Below are positions 1 to 18,300 of a stretch of DNA of 64,000 bases, piece by piece. How positions within the stretch are numbered: the first letter of the stretch is position 1; every line of letters begins with the position of its first letter. A model generated the notes under the pieces. The model had not been told where the DNA came from and searched no databases. It saw nothing but the letters and a program-made list of their open reading frames with translations. Source of the stretch: Octopus vulgaris. Taxonomy: Eukaryota. A program made the position numbers and the translations under genes. The stretch lies in assembly GCA_951406725.2 (NCBI GenBank), contig OX597817.1:8742001-8806000 (forward strand), in the 5' to 3' direction.

Positions 1-78
1 TTTGGCTGTGCTTTCGAGGCAATCGAACAACAATCTCGGTATTTCATATATCTGTGTACATCTGTATGCATGTATGTG

Positions 79-128
<50 letters not shown>

Positions 129-130
<2 letters not shown>

Positions 131-335
131 GGCGGCGGAGCTGGCAGAAACGTTAGCACGCCGGGCGAAATGCGTAGCCGTATTTCGTCTGCCGTTACGT
201 TCTGAGTTCAAATTCCGCCGAGGTCAACTTTGCCGTTCATCCTTTCGGGGTCGATAAATAAAGATGTAATCGAATTAATCTCTTTGTCTGTCCTTGTTTG
301 TCCCCTCTATGTTTAGCCCCTTGTGGGCAGTAAAG

Positions 336-340
<5 letters not shown>
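129..340 (+). mobile_element. SINE family A (tRNA-derived head plus Meta-like domain), long-tail variant with internal deletion
   Basis: GGCGGAGCTGGCAGAAACGTTAGCACG A-box-like head, GAGTTCAAATTCC B box, GCCGTTCATCCTTTCGGGGTCGATAAA central domain; many copies elsewhere in the window. Confidence 0.85.
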
Positions 341-370
<30 letters not shown>

Positions 371-1084
371 CATACATAACTATTCCTCCTCTCTCTCTAT
401 ATACATATGTATGTATATAAACGTGCACATACATTATACATACATTTAAGCATGAGTATGCAAATACTTACATTCATATACACGTGCATACATACATACG
501 CGTGCACGCGCTCAGGCACGCTAGTTCGGTCGTACAAGATTTATCCCTTAGTTACAAAACAAACAACTAGAAAAGAAAATACATTTTATAAGAAACGGAG
601 AGCAACATTAGTGGCAGGAAGAGGGGAATGCGAAAGCAGCAGATCGACCTGTTATCGATCCGATTACGTAGCCCTTTCATAGACATCCTCCAACATTAAT
701 GATGACTAAACAGATTTGTTTCTTTTACGTTCCTTCCAAGAAAAACCAAACAATCGTTGCTGCTGTTGCTGCTGTTGCTGCTGCTGCACCTACTACTCCA
801 CCTGCTGCTGCTGCTGTAGTCACTTACTACACTTATTACTGCTGTCACTGCTACCTCTTCTTCCTGCTGTATCAAATCACTCTTACTCTTCTCCTGGCCA
901 CTGGATAAACCCTAGCGCTGTTTACGTCGCTTATTACTGACGTTCTCAGTCACCCCCGTTTCATGTCGACGGTTGCAATTTCCCAGTAGACACTGCGAAA
1001 ACAGGTGTCATTATATAGACTAAACTGTCGCCATTTTAACATCACAGTTCAATGTTATATATGATATATATGATATATATATAT

Positions 1085-1117
<33 letters not shown>

Positions 1118-1164
1118 CATATATATAATGATAAATCTCAGAGCGAGTTATATATATATATATA

Positions 1165-1224
<60 letters not shown>

Positions 1225-1327
1225 GATTCAAAAGTAACTCTCCTTATGTTAAAATATAAATTAGTCTTCGTTTTTTGTGAATTTGTGAATTCTCCCTATA
1301 ATAATAATAAGATAATAATAATAATAA

Positions 1328-1398
<71 letters not shown>

Positions 1399-1699
1399 TA
1401 ATAAAATGAAAATGGTGAGTTTAAACGGACACGTTAATTTACTAGAATAATATATTAATTTGTAACATTTATATATATATGAACGTATCTACGTGTGTGT
1501 ATCTATGTTTGTCCTCCAGCCACTGCTTGAGAACCGATGTTGGTGTGTTTACATCCCCGTAAAACTGTGCCTTCCATCCTGCTTGGCTTGACAAAATAAA
1601 GTACCAGTCAAGTACTGAGACTGATGATATCAAGTAACACTCTCCCCTCAAATTCGCTGGTCTCGTGGCTAAATCAAATACAATTATGATTAGGGCAAA

Positions 1700-2120
1700 G
1701 GCAGTGTTTTGGTGGAATCGTTTGGCTGCCGGTTAAAATATCTTTTAACACATCTTTCGGCAAGCTGGTAGAATAGTTAGCATGCCAGATAAAAAGCTTA
1801 GTGGCATTTCGTCCTTCTTCACGTTCTCTATTCAAATTCCACCGAGATAGACTTTGTCTTTCATCTTTTCAGAGTCTATAAACAAATACCATTAGAGTAC
1901 TGGGGTCGATATGATTGACTTACTCCCTCCCCCGAAATTTCTGGCCTTGTGCCAATATTTGAAATCAGTATAAGTTCCAACTCTTTACGCTCTAATTTCA
2001 AAACCCGCCGAAGTCAACGATGTCTTTCGTCCCTCCAGAACGATAAAATAAACAAAAATTCGAGTACTGGAGTTGATTTAAGCGATTACCTCTCTCAACA
2101 AATATATGGCCTTTTTCTTT
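1700..2120 (+). mobile_element. Two degraded, nested SINE-A copies
   Basis: An old head at about 1700 is interrupted by a younger copy (about 1758-1968); the body resumes at about 1975. Confidence 0.6.
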
Positions 2121-2129
2121 TACTAGTAA

Positions 2130-2526
2130 CTAGCAGTATCGCCCGGCGTTGCTCGGGTTTGTAAGGGAAATAACTATATAAGCATTTTTAGAGATGTAAA
2201 GTATAATAGCAATCTCAATATGGCTAACCACAAAGGGAGGGGGTGTTACTGTAGATTTTTACGTTCTGAGATTTAATAAAACATTTTTAGAGAGTTACTT
2301 CCCTTATATAATAGCAAAAAAATGCATTAAAAATGGGAAAAAATGATGGTAATTTTTTTTTTAATCGTAGACTCATCGTAGACGCGCGCTAATACCCAGA
2401 AGGGCTCGATATGAATCACAACTATAAGATACCCGCTTTTGGTTACACTGCACCGCAAAATGTGGGAGTAGTTAGGAATCTAAATCGTATGAGACAGACA
2501 CACAACTTCACTTTTATATATAAAGA
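2130..2526 (-). mobile_element. Non-autonomous Helitron
   Basis: Minus strand begins TC(TTTATATATAAAAG) and ends with hairpin CCCGAGCAACGCCGGG then CTAG, inserted between A and T with no TSD; sister copy at 55630-56020. Confidence 0.85.
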
Positions 2527-2947
2527 TTTTTATTAGAGTAGTAAGGCCGAATCGGTAGAGCATAAAACAAGGGACCTACATCTCTTTAACGAGGCTGAGT
2601 TTCCTTTTCTATCTTCCGCAGAAGATAAAATATGTACAAGTTAAGTGCTAGGGTCCATTTAACCATTCTATCCTTCAACATGCGTGGCCTTGGGCCTATA
2701 TTTTAAGAATCATAATTGAGAAAACCTTTTGAATGGAAAAGAAGGCGCAACCTTCTAGGATATTTACTGAGATATGAGTGAGAATAGTAAGTGGATCTAC
2801 TCTCGACCAGCGCCTGCAGAGCAGAAAATATTGCTGGCTAGATGGAACTTGGCTTTGGTAGTCAGAATCATCATCATCCTATTCCTCCTCCTCATCATCA
2901 TCATCATTTAACGTCCATGCTGCCCATGCTGTCATGGGTTAGAATTG

Positions 2948-3080
2948 TATGGGGGTGTGGTGAAAAGTTCCCGGTTTTGGATAAAAGAAAATACAGGAGG
3001 ATCAGTTAATTATGATTTTATTAAACATATTCCCCACCCTCGGATTGATGCACTTATTGCAGCGACCCTTCAGTTATCTA
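2948..3080. mobile_element. Mariner-like terminal fragment
   Basis: TATGGGGGTGTGGTGAAAAGTTCCCGG TIR-like start, resembling the mariner end at 47793. Confidence 0.4.
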
Positions 3081-3303
3081 AGCCCTTTCAGTAGTAGTTG
3101 ACTCTGAGAAACAACAACTATTGAAAAGTTTCCAAGACGCAACGAGAATTTTAGGAAAAATAAATGAGTAAATGAGTGGAAACTTTACCGGTGAGTGTGT
3201 TAACTTATAAGGCACTAAAAGCGAATGATTCTCACCAGATACAACAAAATATGCTTCAATACACGAACTCACATAAAGAATCTTGCAAACCAAATCCCAA
3301 AAC

Positions 3304-3340
<37 letters not shown>

Positions 3341-3343
<3 letters not shown>

Positions 3344-3933
3344 GTTGGAATTTACAGAAAAGCAAACAACGAAGACAGGTGTATAAACAACAAACAGGTG
3401 TATTACTTGAACGCTCGGGAAGGTGAGGGAGTCCGGATGATCCCTGTGCAAGGACGATCCGAACACGGACAGGTGTTGCAAAGAGTGACCGATAGAGCGG
3501 AAATGGTGCGAGACTGGAGCGTCATTACCGAGTCGGATGCTTCGGAGATGTTCCGCGAACCGGTCAGCCGAGCGGCGTCCCATTTGCCCGATATATAGAG
3601 AAGGGCAGAGAGAGCAGAAGATGCAGTAGATGATATTGGTAGAAATGCAGGTGAAGGAGTCGGTGATGTGATAGGATCGATGATGGGTGCCGGTGAGGAG
3701 GGTGGTGTTGAAGAGGTAAGGGCAAGTGCGGTAGCGTGGGCGGTTGCAGGGGAACGAGCCGGGTTGGGAGGTTGGGTTAGGGAAGAAGCTGTGGACCAAA
3801 AGGTCTCGTAGGTTGTGGGCTCGTTTGAAGGAGGGGAGGGGCCAGTTAGGGAAGATGTGCGAAGTGGAGGGTTCTGACTGGAGTCGCCGGAAGGCTCTGA
3901 GAATGGTGCATTGGAGAGGTAGGGTTGTGGGGT
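3341..3933 (-). mobile_element. Penelope-like element 3' fragment: GIY-YIG endonuclease plus terminal repeat
   Basis: ORF 3269-3979 contains SFPCNRPRYRTCP...FTCISTNIIYCIFCSLCPSLYIGQMGRRSADRFAEH; 3341-3434 matches the terminus at 27100-27185; flanked by (CA)n and (TA)n. Confidence 0.9.
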
Positions 3934-4371
3934 AATATATATATATACACATATATAATCGGTTCTGTGAAAACCCCAACTACCGTATTATTTGTTTATT
4001 ATTAGTTTTTCTTTGTTTATTTGTGTTTATTTGTTTAATCAATTTATCTATTCCGTTCTTGACCTTATATCTGTATCATAAATCATTATTCTTATCGTTT
4101 ACGCCCGAGATCAAACTTCACACTCCATCGTCCGGGGATCGTTAAGTTAAGTAACAAATATTGTACTGCGGTTTGATCTCATCGATTCTCCCCCCCACAC
4201 ACACACACTCATCCACCCACTCACCTATCAGCAGCAGCAGCACACAAAATTTGTGGCTCCGTCATTATGTTAGAAACCACCACCATCATCATCATTGTAA
4301 TCATCGTTGTAGTAATCGTTGGCGTCGCAGTGGTCTTCGCCATTGTCGTTATCATCGTTGTCGTCATCGTC

Positions 4372-4374
<3 letters not shown>

Positions 4375-4437
<63 letters not shown>
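4375..4437. repeat. (ATC)n microsatellite
   Basis: Direct reading. Confidence 0.95.
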
Positions 4438-4438
<1 letters not shown>

Positions 4439-4449
4439 AGTGCGATAAA

Positions 4450-4665
4450 TTTGGCAGATTCACTAAATAGTCTGAAAGAAAATAACGGCAATTTATTCCG
4501 GGTGTGTATGTTCTGAGTTCAAATTCCACTGAAATAAACTTTGCCTTTCATCCTTCCATGTTCGATAAATAAAATATGTTACTTGTCAGGTACTGAGATC
4601 GATATATTCACTTATGACCGCCATCTCCCGAAATATCTGGCTTTGTGCCTATGTTAAAAGCCGAT
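4450..4665 (+). mobile_element. SINE-A, degraded
   Basis: B box GAGTTCAAATTCC and GCCTTTCATCCTTCC domain. Confidence 0.7.
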
Positions 4666-4795
4666 CTTCGTCATCATCATCATCAGCAGCAGCAGCGGTA
4701 GTAGTTGTAGTAGTAATAGTAGCGACGGTGGTGTAGTGGCAGTCGTCGTTGTTGTAGAAGTTGTAATAGCAGTTTTGTTTGTTGATGTGTTAAAA

Positions 4796-6100
<1,305 letters not shown>

Positions 6101-6159
6101 TATTTATTTATTTATTTATTTATTTATTCATTTCTGCAGTGGCTTTTATTTGTTGCCTG

Positions 6160-8410
<2,251 letters not shown>

Positions 8411-8575
8411 TTCTTATTAACCCCACGTCAACCATGATCGGAGCAGACTTATGATCAAAGACATGCCAACATTGACTACCCCGACCATTTTTTCCCCTTG
8501 TGCAAGTGTAACTCGGGGTCACATTCTCGAACGTGTATTCTTCGCTTTTCGTTTTCTTTACTTTCTTTTTTCATT

Positions 8576-8623
<48 letters not shown>

Positions 8624-8919
8624 TACAAGTTGTTTCCAGATTTGATTCCTATTTCTAGCAAGTCGAGCCACCACGTAGAGGCTCCGTCGCCAGCTAGCAA
8701 ACTGTGATGGTGATGGTGGTTGTGGGAGGTGCTAGTGTTGATGGTAATAACTGCAGTTTTAACAGTGGTAAGTACTATGAAAGCGGAAATGGCTTTGGTG
8801 GTGGTGACAGCGTTGATATTGATAGTTGTTATGTAACCAGGGTGGGGATGTTTTGCATGCTGATGTAACACTGGAGGGAGGAAGAAGGAAGATACAACAA
8901 AGCCATGGTGACAATATTA

Positions 8920-9996
8920 GGGAGGCGGGAAAATATCTCGCGGTGTTTCTTTCGGCTTTTCCTGTCTGAGTTCAAATTCCGCTGAAGTCAATTTTACTTT
9001 TTTATCCTTCCAGGGTCGAGAAAATAAAGCACCTGTCAAGTACTGAGATTGATATAATCAATTAACATCTCCTCCTACCTGCCCTAAATCTGAAACAATT
9101 GGTGAGCTGGCAGAATCGTTAGGACGCCGGGCAAAATGCTTTGCGGCATTTCGTCCCCCTTCGCGTTCTGAGTTCAAATTCCGCCGAGGTCGACTCTGCA
9201 TTTTATCCTTTCGCGGTCGATGAATTAAGTACCAGTTGCGTACTGGTGTCGATCTAGTCGACTGGCCCTCTCCTCCAAAATTTTGGGCCTTGTGCCTAGA
9301 CTAGAAAAGATTATTATTATTATTATTATTATTATGAACAAAGCTGCAAGCTGGCAGAAACGTTAGCACGCCGGGCAAAATGCTTAGCGCTATTTCGTCT
9401 GCCGTTACGCTCTGAGTTCAAATTCTGCCAAGGTCGACTTTGCTTTTCATCCTTTCGGGGTCGATAAATTAAGTACCAGTTACGCACTGGTGTTGATGTA
9501 ATCAACTTAATCCCTTTGTCTGTCCTTGTTTGTCTCCTCTATGTTTAGCCCTTGTGGGCAATAAAGAAATAATTGTTTGTACGCTGGACGAAATGTTGGA
9601 CGTAGTTCGCCCCTCGCAACGTTCTGAGTTTAATTTCAGCCGAGGTAGACTTTGCCTTTCATCCTTCGGGGTCGATAAATTACGTACCAATGAAAACACT
9701 GGGGTCGATGTAATTCACTAGTCCCCTCCCCCCAAATTAGGGGCCTTGTGCCTTTAGTAGAAAGGATTCTTATTACGAGGAAAGCGGCGAGCTGGCAAAA
9801 TCGTTAGCATGCTAGACGAAATGCTTAGCGCTATTTCGCCCGTCGCTACGATCTGAGTTCAAATTCCGCCGAAGTCGACTTTGCCTTCCATCCTTTTCGG
9901 TGTCGAAAAATTAAGTACCAATGAAACACCGGGGTCGATATAATCAACTTATACCCCTCCCGCCAAATTTCAGGCCTTGCGTCTATAATAGAAAGG

Positions 9997-10064
<68 letters not shown>

Positions 10065-10070
10065 CATTAT
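8920..10070 (+). mobile_element. Train of five SINE-A copies (about 8920, 9100, 9345, 9575, 9783) with (ATT)n tails
   Basis: Five B-box/central-domain repeats in the same orientation. Confidence 0.85.
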
Positions 10071-10364
10071 GTTGAGGAACGGTGGAAAGTTCCGTGCGGT
10101 ATTTATTCCGACTTTTTGTTTCGAACAGAAATCCCACCTTTCATTTTTTCGGTGTTTAAAGTACTGTTCCAATAATATTGTTATCATTCACTCTTCCTTT
10201 CTTCCTTCCGTTCATCCTCTCCACTCTACCCCGCTTCTCTCTCTCTCTCTCTCTCTCTCTGAATCCGCCACTTTACACTGTAAGAAATGCCTAGCGAGGT
10301 ACCCTTACCCTTATCACAGTGTCCCTTTCTCCAGATATTCTCCAGATATTCCAGATATATAAAG

Positions 10365-10780
10365 ACCTTTTTATCTTTTATTGGTTTCCCTTATTAGATT
10401 GTGACCATGCTGGGGCACCATCTAGAAAAGTTTTAGACGAACAAATCGATCTTAGTACTTACTTCCTTCTTTATAAACCTGGTTCTTATTCTATCGGTCT
10501 TTTTTTTTTTGGCGAACCGCTGATTTACGGGGACATAAACAAACCAACAACAGTTGTCAAACGATGGTGGAGACGAACACAGGCGCAAAGACACACACAC
10601 AAACACATACACACACTGATACACAAACACACACACATACGCATATACAAACACACGCACACACACGCACACACATGCACACACATACACACACACGCAT
10701 ATATATATTCAGGTTCCGTCTAGCAAATCCACTCAAAAGGCTTTGGTCGTCCCGAAGCTACAGTTGAAGAAACTCGCCCT
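10365..10780 (-). mobile_element. SINE family B, degraded
   Basis: Reverse complement of CCAGCATGG, GACCGATAGAATAAG and GAGTGGATTTG motifs, with internal (CA)n. Confidence 0.75.
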
Positions 10781-10887
10781 TGTAAAAGGGCATTTATTGG
10801 ACGAGTTTTCCAATAGCACAACTTATACGTTCTAAGAATTGTCCAAGGACGAACAGATATTCGCAACGGAAATTAAGAAAATACGAA

Positions 10888-12330
<1,443 letters not shown>

Positions 12331-12334
12331 ATAA

Positions 12335-12510
12335 TCCTTTCTACTATAAGCGGAAGGCCTAAAATTTTGGGGGAGAGGGCAAGTCGATTACATCGATCCC
12401 AGTACACAACTGGTACTTATGTATTTCATCGACGCCGAGAGGATGAAAGGCAAAGCTTGACCTCGGTGGAATTTGAACTCAGAATGTAAGAACGGACAAA
12501 ATACCACAAT
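12335..12510 (-). mobile_element. SINE-A, 5'-truncated
   Basis: GGATGAAAGGCAAAG...GGAATTTGAACTCAGAA (reverse of central domain and B box). Confidence 0.8.
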
Positions 12511-12816
12511 GTCATAATGGGTATGCTGGGCTTCCTATATTTTACCCCAGTGTCACTTTGATGGCCTGCAAGAAGAAGATAAGGATAATAATAATATACT
12601 TATTGTATCCAGTGGCAAGGTGCAATAAGACGATATCTGTCTAAGTTATCTAAGGTAGCCTGCATTTTTTAAAGAGTAAGGTATGATTTGAATGCGCTCT
12701 AGTAGTTGTATCATTGTTGCTGTTGTTGTTGTTGTTTTTGTTATTGTTTTTGCTGTTGTTGTTGTTGTTGTTGTTCTTCTTCTTCTTCTTCTTCTTCTTC
12801 TTCTTCTTCTTCTTCT

Positions 12817-12849
<33 letters not shown>

Positions 12850-13112
12850 TCGTCGTCGTCGTCGTCATCTTCTTCTTCGTTTTCTTTAACCCCAAGTTAC
12901 TTTTGATCAAGGAGACCTATTACCAAATATTCCAACCGTAACCATCACGCCGATATTTTTTTTCAGCATTTTTACTTTTTTTCAGACATAGCCTAACTAG
13001 GATTACATTGACCAAAGTGAACATTGTTAAGACGGTGTTATTTGAGAGACATTCTGTTGCTATACTTAACAACCAAGCGGCCACGAAGAAGGGTACTTCT
13101 ATAGATCTGTGT

Positions 13113-13702
13113 CTTCTTCTTCTTCTTCTTCTTCTTCTTCTTCTTCTTCTTCTTCTTCTTCTTCTTCTTCTTCTTCTTCTTCTTCTTCTTCTTCTTCTTC
13201 TTCTTCTTCTTCTTCTTCTTCTTCTTCTTCTTCTTCCAATCAGGACTCACGCCATTAGCCACAAAGAATAATCTCTAATTCGAGCCTACCCTAAGCTACT
13301 AAGAATGCGTGTGGCAACTTAAAGATCCACCCACCACACGCAATAGACTGGCGCGAAAGCTATGTAGTTATCCTCATTCCATAAATGGTGCCTTTTAACG
13401 GGTGGAGAGCTGAACCATCCTGGGGTGCAGAGGATTCACAATCTAGACTAGGGTCAGAAAGTTTACCACACCATAGTGGGTTACACCATGGTTCCTCTGC
13501 TTTGTGGCAGAAGTAGGAAGAAGGAGTGAGAGAAAGTTGTGGTGAAAGAATACAGCGGGGTTCACCACCCCTCCCCGCCGGAGCCTCGTGGAGCTTAAGT
13601 ATTTTTGCTCAATAAACACTCACAATGCCCGGTTTGGGAATTGAAACCGCGTTCTTACGACCGCGAGTCCGCTGCTCTAACCACAGGGCCATTGCGCCTC
13701 CA
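13113..13702 (-). mobile_element. SINE family C, variant with alternative 3' body and (AAG)n tail
   Basis: 13515-13702 matches the tRNA-like head of the copy at 51044; a different body runs into (AAG)n at 13113-13235. Confidence 0.75.
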
Positions 13703-13999
13703 CTGTTGTTGTTGTTGTTGTTGTTGTCGTCGTCGTCGTCGTTGCTACTTCTGTTGCTGACGTAAACAGACGTATGACCAAAAGATTTCAAGCTGTAACC
13801 ATCACGTTTTTTCATATTTCTGTTTTACGGACACAGTATAATTTTTATTTCTTTGGATGTATTGTTTTTCGAAAATATGCCTAGAGGTGAACCACTGCTA
13901 CTACTACTACTACGTATATTCCAATGCTGTTAAAATATATAATTTTAACGGCATTGTGCTCAACGCAGTTATCTTCAAAGCCAAAATCTTTAATGTCCA

Positions 14000-14600
14000 A
14001 AAGTTTTGATTTGGCTTCCAGAATGACATCACGTGTTCTATCGGTTAAAGTATGGGACACGAAATCGCACCCGGTATATTGAAATCAGCGAGCTGGCAAG
14101 TTTCTTTGGAGACAGTATCTGTGGCAACATAACTGGCCTTGCAAGACTTCACAAACTGCAACGGTGTCAGTACATTGGCCGATCTAGAGAATCCGAATTC
14201 CTGAACACGGCAAAAAAGGACACCTCCTGCCGAGAGACTTTTAATTAACTAAGACAGTCGTGGAATGTGAAAGACGAAATGTTCCTGAAAATCAACCCGT
14301 TTACCTATTGCATGTATCGTGTTAATAACAACACTAGTCAAGGAGTTGCATTGTTAACTATTCTGTTCCAAAAGAGAAAATTGGTATCTCCACCCAGGTG
14401 CTAGCGAGTTGAGAATGGCTCTTTAAAAATGTTCAACAAGCAAGCAATCACGTAACCATTTGGAAGTGCTACCTGCAGGTTAACCCCATGTTGCCAAACC
14501 TGTTGAGCACAGCTGCTAGCAAGCTGGCCATTCATCCGATGCGCTTTTGATATGGTCTTGGCATTGCTATCATGCAAGTGTGTACATTCATACAAAACGC
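14000..14600 (-). mobile_element. Possible highly degraded pogo/Tigger-like transposase relic
   Basis: Minus-strand translation MPRPYQKRIG...PGWRYQFSLLEQ loosely resembles the N-terminus of pogo-type HTH-psq transposases; many stops. Confidence 0.25.
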
Positions 14601-16040
14601 CAAGCTGCAGAGGCTTGTCAAATGGACTGACAAACACAAATACATGTACGTTAGACACTTGAAATAAAATAAAATTGCAGAAGTTAGTCAGATGATGAAA
14701 GAAAATTGATTGATTCGTGGCGGGTATTTTTACTTTTAGTATCGATACCATTGAAAAATTTGCCACATCTAATTTCGCTGTAAATACTTCTCATGTAAAA
14801 CAATTTACTGTCCGTATTATCCTTATAAACTTTCTTGCTGCCATCAACATCAACGACAGGAACAGCAATGAACCGCAAATGAGCTAGGATCCAAAATTCG
14901 ACGCTTCTGCTGATGCTAACGTGGGAAGTGTATTCCAGTTTAGGACACTTAGTACATAACACTTATTACCCTAAAGGTAGGGTGTGATTAAAGCTAATTA
15001 GTACTCTGAAAACAAACTAACAATGATTCCACTGGCGCCTCTTCATTTAGACAAAAGAACCGAATGCGAAATAATAGGAAGGAAAATTGTTTATTTTTCA
15101 GGCAGTCTCTCAGATCAAACCTCACAACTAAATTAAATACAACTGACTGCTTAATATTTATTTAGCATTAAATAACAGTGGGAAATATTAGGGAATTATT
15201 AATTTGTAACTAAGGCAACGGAGAAAATATATCGTTGCTATAATACAAAAGTGTTGTAAGTCCAAAACGTTGCTTTTTCAGAAAACGAAAAAATTGTCTC
15301 ATCATTCCATAGCAAAACCGTTTTTCATATCTTGGTATCTGAAGCAGGTGGAGATATGATAGTTTGACCAAAAGAACCGGCTGTTGCAAGCAAAAATAAA
15401 TATTAAAAAAAAATCGCATTTGGCAAAATTTTGACATACGACAGTTTAACATAATAGCAACGATAAGTTTTCAGAACTCTATTTTAGTCATCAAAAAAAA
15501 AAAAAAAAAGAATTCCCACTGTTATTTATATCAGTGATTGTGTATAATTTACCATTTACACTGTGGTAAATTGGTCACTGGAAAAATATTTGTGATGCAT
15601 CCTTCCTCTTGACGCCCCAAAATTAAGTCTATATGGCTAATATAGGCCAGAATGAGGATGTTTTCAATGAGGCGCTAATTCCAGTATCATCGGATTTTGT
15701 ATAATGATATACTTTCAGATGAGTCTCTTTTGCATTTCCCATTTCCCTTTATTTTAGACTGTATCATTAAATAACGAGAGAGAGAGAAAGAGAGAGAGAA
15801 ATTACGTTTCCATTACATTGACATCGTATTATTTTCGGATTTTAAAATAAAATATTTATATATAATAAAATGAAAAATTAAAATAAAATATATTTATTTT
15901 CGGATTTTATAAACAAATATTTTCAATTTTTTATTGTTTTTTCTATATATAATGTTTTCCGACATTCTATCGCCTTTTATAAAACTGATTTTCTCTATTT
16001 CTCACAGTGACTGAAGCAAACTGTAATATTCCTATACATA

Positions 16041-16449
16041 TAGGCGCAGGAGTGGCTGTGTGGTAGGTAGCTTGTTTACCAACCACATGGTTCCGGGTCC
16101 AGTCCCACTGCGTGGCATCTTGGGCAAGTGTCTTCTACTATAGACTCGGGCCGACCAAAACCTTGTGAGTGGATTTGGTAGACGGAAACTGAAAGAAGCC
16201 CGTCGTATATATGTATATATATAGATATGCGTGTGTGTGTTTGTGTCTGTGTTTGTCCTCCTAGCATTGTTTGACAACCGATGCTGGTGTGTTTATGTCC
16301 CCGTTACTTAGCGGTTCGGCAAAAGAGACCGATAGAATAAGTACTGGGCTTACAAAAGAATAAGTCCCGGAGTCGAGTTGCTCGATTAAAGGCGGTGCTC
16401 CAGCATGGCCGCAGTCAAATGACTGAAACGAGTAAAAGAATAAAAGAAT
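16041..16449 (+). mobile_element. SINE family B, full length (tRNA-derived head, CORE-like CTTGGGCAAGTG, internal TA/TG microsatellite, (GTAAAA/GA)n tail)
   Basis: AGGCGCAGGAGTGGCTGTGTGGTA head, GGTCCAGTCCC B-box-like, ends GACTGAAACGAGTAAAAGAATAAAAGA; more than 12 copies in the window. Confidence 0.9.
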
Positions 16450-16609
16450 ATGTTAGGATAATACTTAACTAAAGGCGTCTAGTTTTGTATAGTTCTGTGG
16501 CACACAAACACACACACATACACATCGCAAAGAGGTAGATAGACGAGATACATATACATACATACATACATACATACATACATACATACATACTAAGTAT
16601 AAGGAAGTA

Positions 16610-17480
16610 ATAGTTTTGAGTGGCCAAGAAGAAAAAGCTACAAGACATCGAAATCAATTTTGGTTTCTGTTATGTCGCAATACTCTTCAGAGGCTGTGTG
16701 AGCTACGCAATCCTCGTCGCCACTGTTATGTCGCACGTTCGGATGACCTCTACTCAATACTGCTCTGCTCCTCAACGCCTAGACTTCTATCTCTATATCT
16801 ACGTATTGCGCTAGCCTACTTCATCGTCTGGGGACGTCCACACAGCAGTTTCTTTGGGCAAACTTTCAGATTCTTTTCTCTACAAGGGCTTCAACGGCAA
16901 TTATGAAGAGAGTTTATCAGTCACCACAATTAAACGCTGAAACTGAAACAGAAGTCGAAGCTTCACTTATATGACATCCTCAAATTTTGCCTCAAGTCAT
17001 CTTTAAATCCCTTCATTTGTTCTTCAGCACAACGCTTACCTGTTAAGCTGGCTGTAAAAGTTTGGTTTGGGAATGCAATCTTTTTGTATCGAAACCACAA
17101 CGCCATATCTGCGAAGTTTACGTTTCATTTGTAAAAGCTGAATACCATTGATTTTGTGGACGTGATATGACTTTTATATCGGGTATTATGTCCAGCCACT
17201 TAGCTTTCAGATTTTGTGAAAACAATGAAGATAGGAACGGTCAAATTATTTCATTTATCTATATAATAGATAGAGATCATGATTCTATTCCACAGAATAG
17301 TGTAATTAGTAAAACTGTTTTATATTTTGAATCTTCGTATGTAGTGAAATATCTAAATCATTCCAAAGCCAATTTGCCTGACCCTCAAAAGCAAAGCTTG
17401 CTTTGCCAATTCTGTGCAAGACATCGAAACCTGTACCTAGTTTTCTGGAATCCACACTGGTAATTTGCATCCAGAGTGGT
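16610..17480 (-). mobile_element. RTE-clade LINE 3' fragment (degraded RT C-terminus)
   Basis: Minus-strand translation YQCGFQKTR and HRIGKASFAF...LWNDLDISLHTKI, typical of RTE/BovB ORF2. Confidence 0.65.
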
Positions 17481-17549
17481 CACAAGATCAATTAGGAAGC
17501 ATCTAGCTCTAGGTGTACTTTGATGCATGATTTCAATTTTTTATGCTGA

Positions 17550-18300
17550 TTATGGGACCAGAGTTCTTCATAGCAGCAAAGAAGCTGTATCTAACTCTTC
17601 AAATATTTTCAAGAGTATGGGCAACAAGAGCGCAGTCTCTTGGATAGGACAGTATTTCCCAGATCGTAAGCTGTAGCTTAGGTGTATTTGTGCGATCTTG
17701 GATGACAAGCTAGTCTTAATTTAGAAAGGTAGAATCTCTCACAGGCCTTACACATAAAAATCTGCTTTTTACGGGATATCAATATTTTCATTTTCACAAG
17801 GCAAACGTTCAAGTTTTTGGTCTTATATTCTGTTTGGCAGATTTAGATTAAATGTTCCTGCAAGGGGGTCTGTCATACTCCAGTTCTTCTTAATCGTTGA
17901 CTGGCATGTTTCCTTTGTGTGATCTTTTTAGACTGTCATCGTAACTCACCAGCGTTTGATTTGCATAGGAGCCAATACTCAGGAAAATTTTCGCTGTAAA
18001 ATAGTTATTTCTAGATAGATTGATTATATACTCTAACAAAGTGACCACATCATCAAAGACAATTCTTGTGGAGATTACTTTCTATACTTGGAGTCCATCA
18101 CCCTGAAGAATTTCTGTGTTTGGTGTAAAAGAGATTTACTTTATGTACAAAATCCTGCTTCGCTAGAATCAGGTGGCAGCTGGACCCTAAAAGGTCGGAA
18201 GAAAATATATAAACCAAACATAAGAACTACTCAGTTCTTGCTTTCTTGCTCAATATATAAATTTTTAAAAGCTGTTCTGTGATTCACCTGAAGCGAAGCA
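17550..18300 (-). mobile_element. Second, older RTE-like RT fragment
   Basis: Minus-strand EILQGDGL, VFDDVVTL and KRLR motifs in RT order, heavily mutated. Confidence 0.4.

Noticed and set aside
14401-14766. Host exon (121-aa ORF)
   Set aside because: No recognisable homology; another frame hints at a decayed transposase. It cannot be excluded without BLASTX or RNA-seq.
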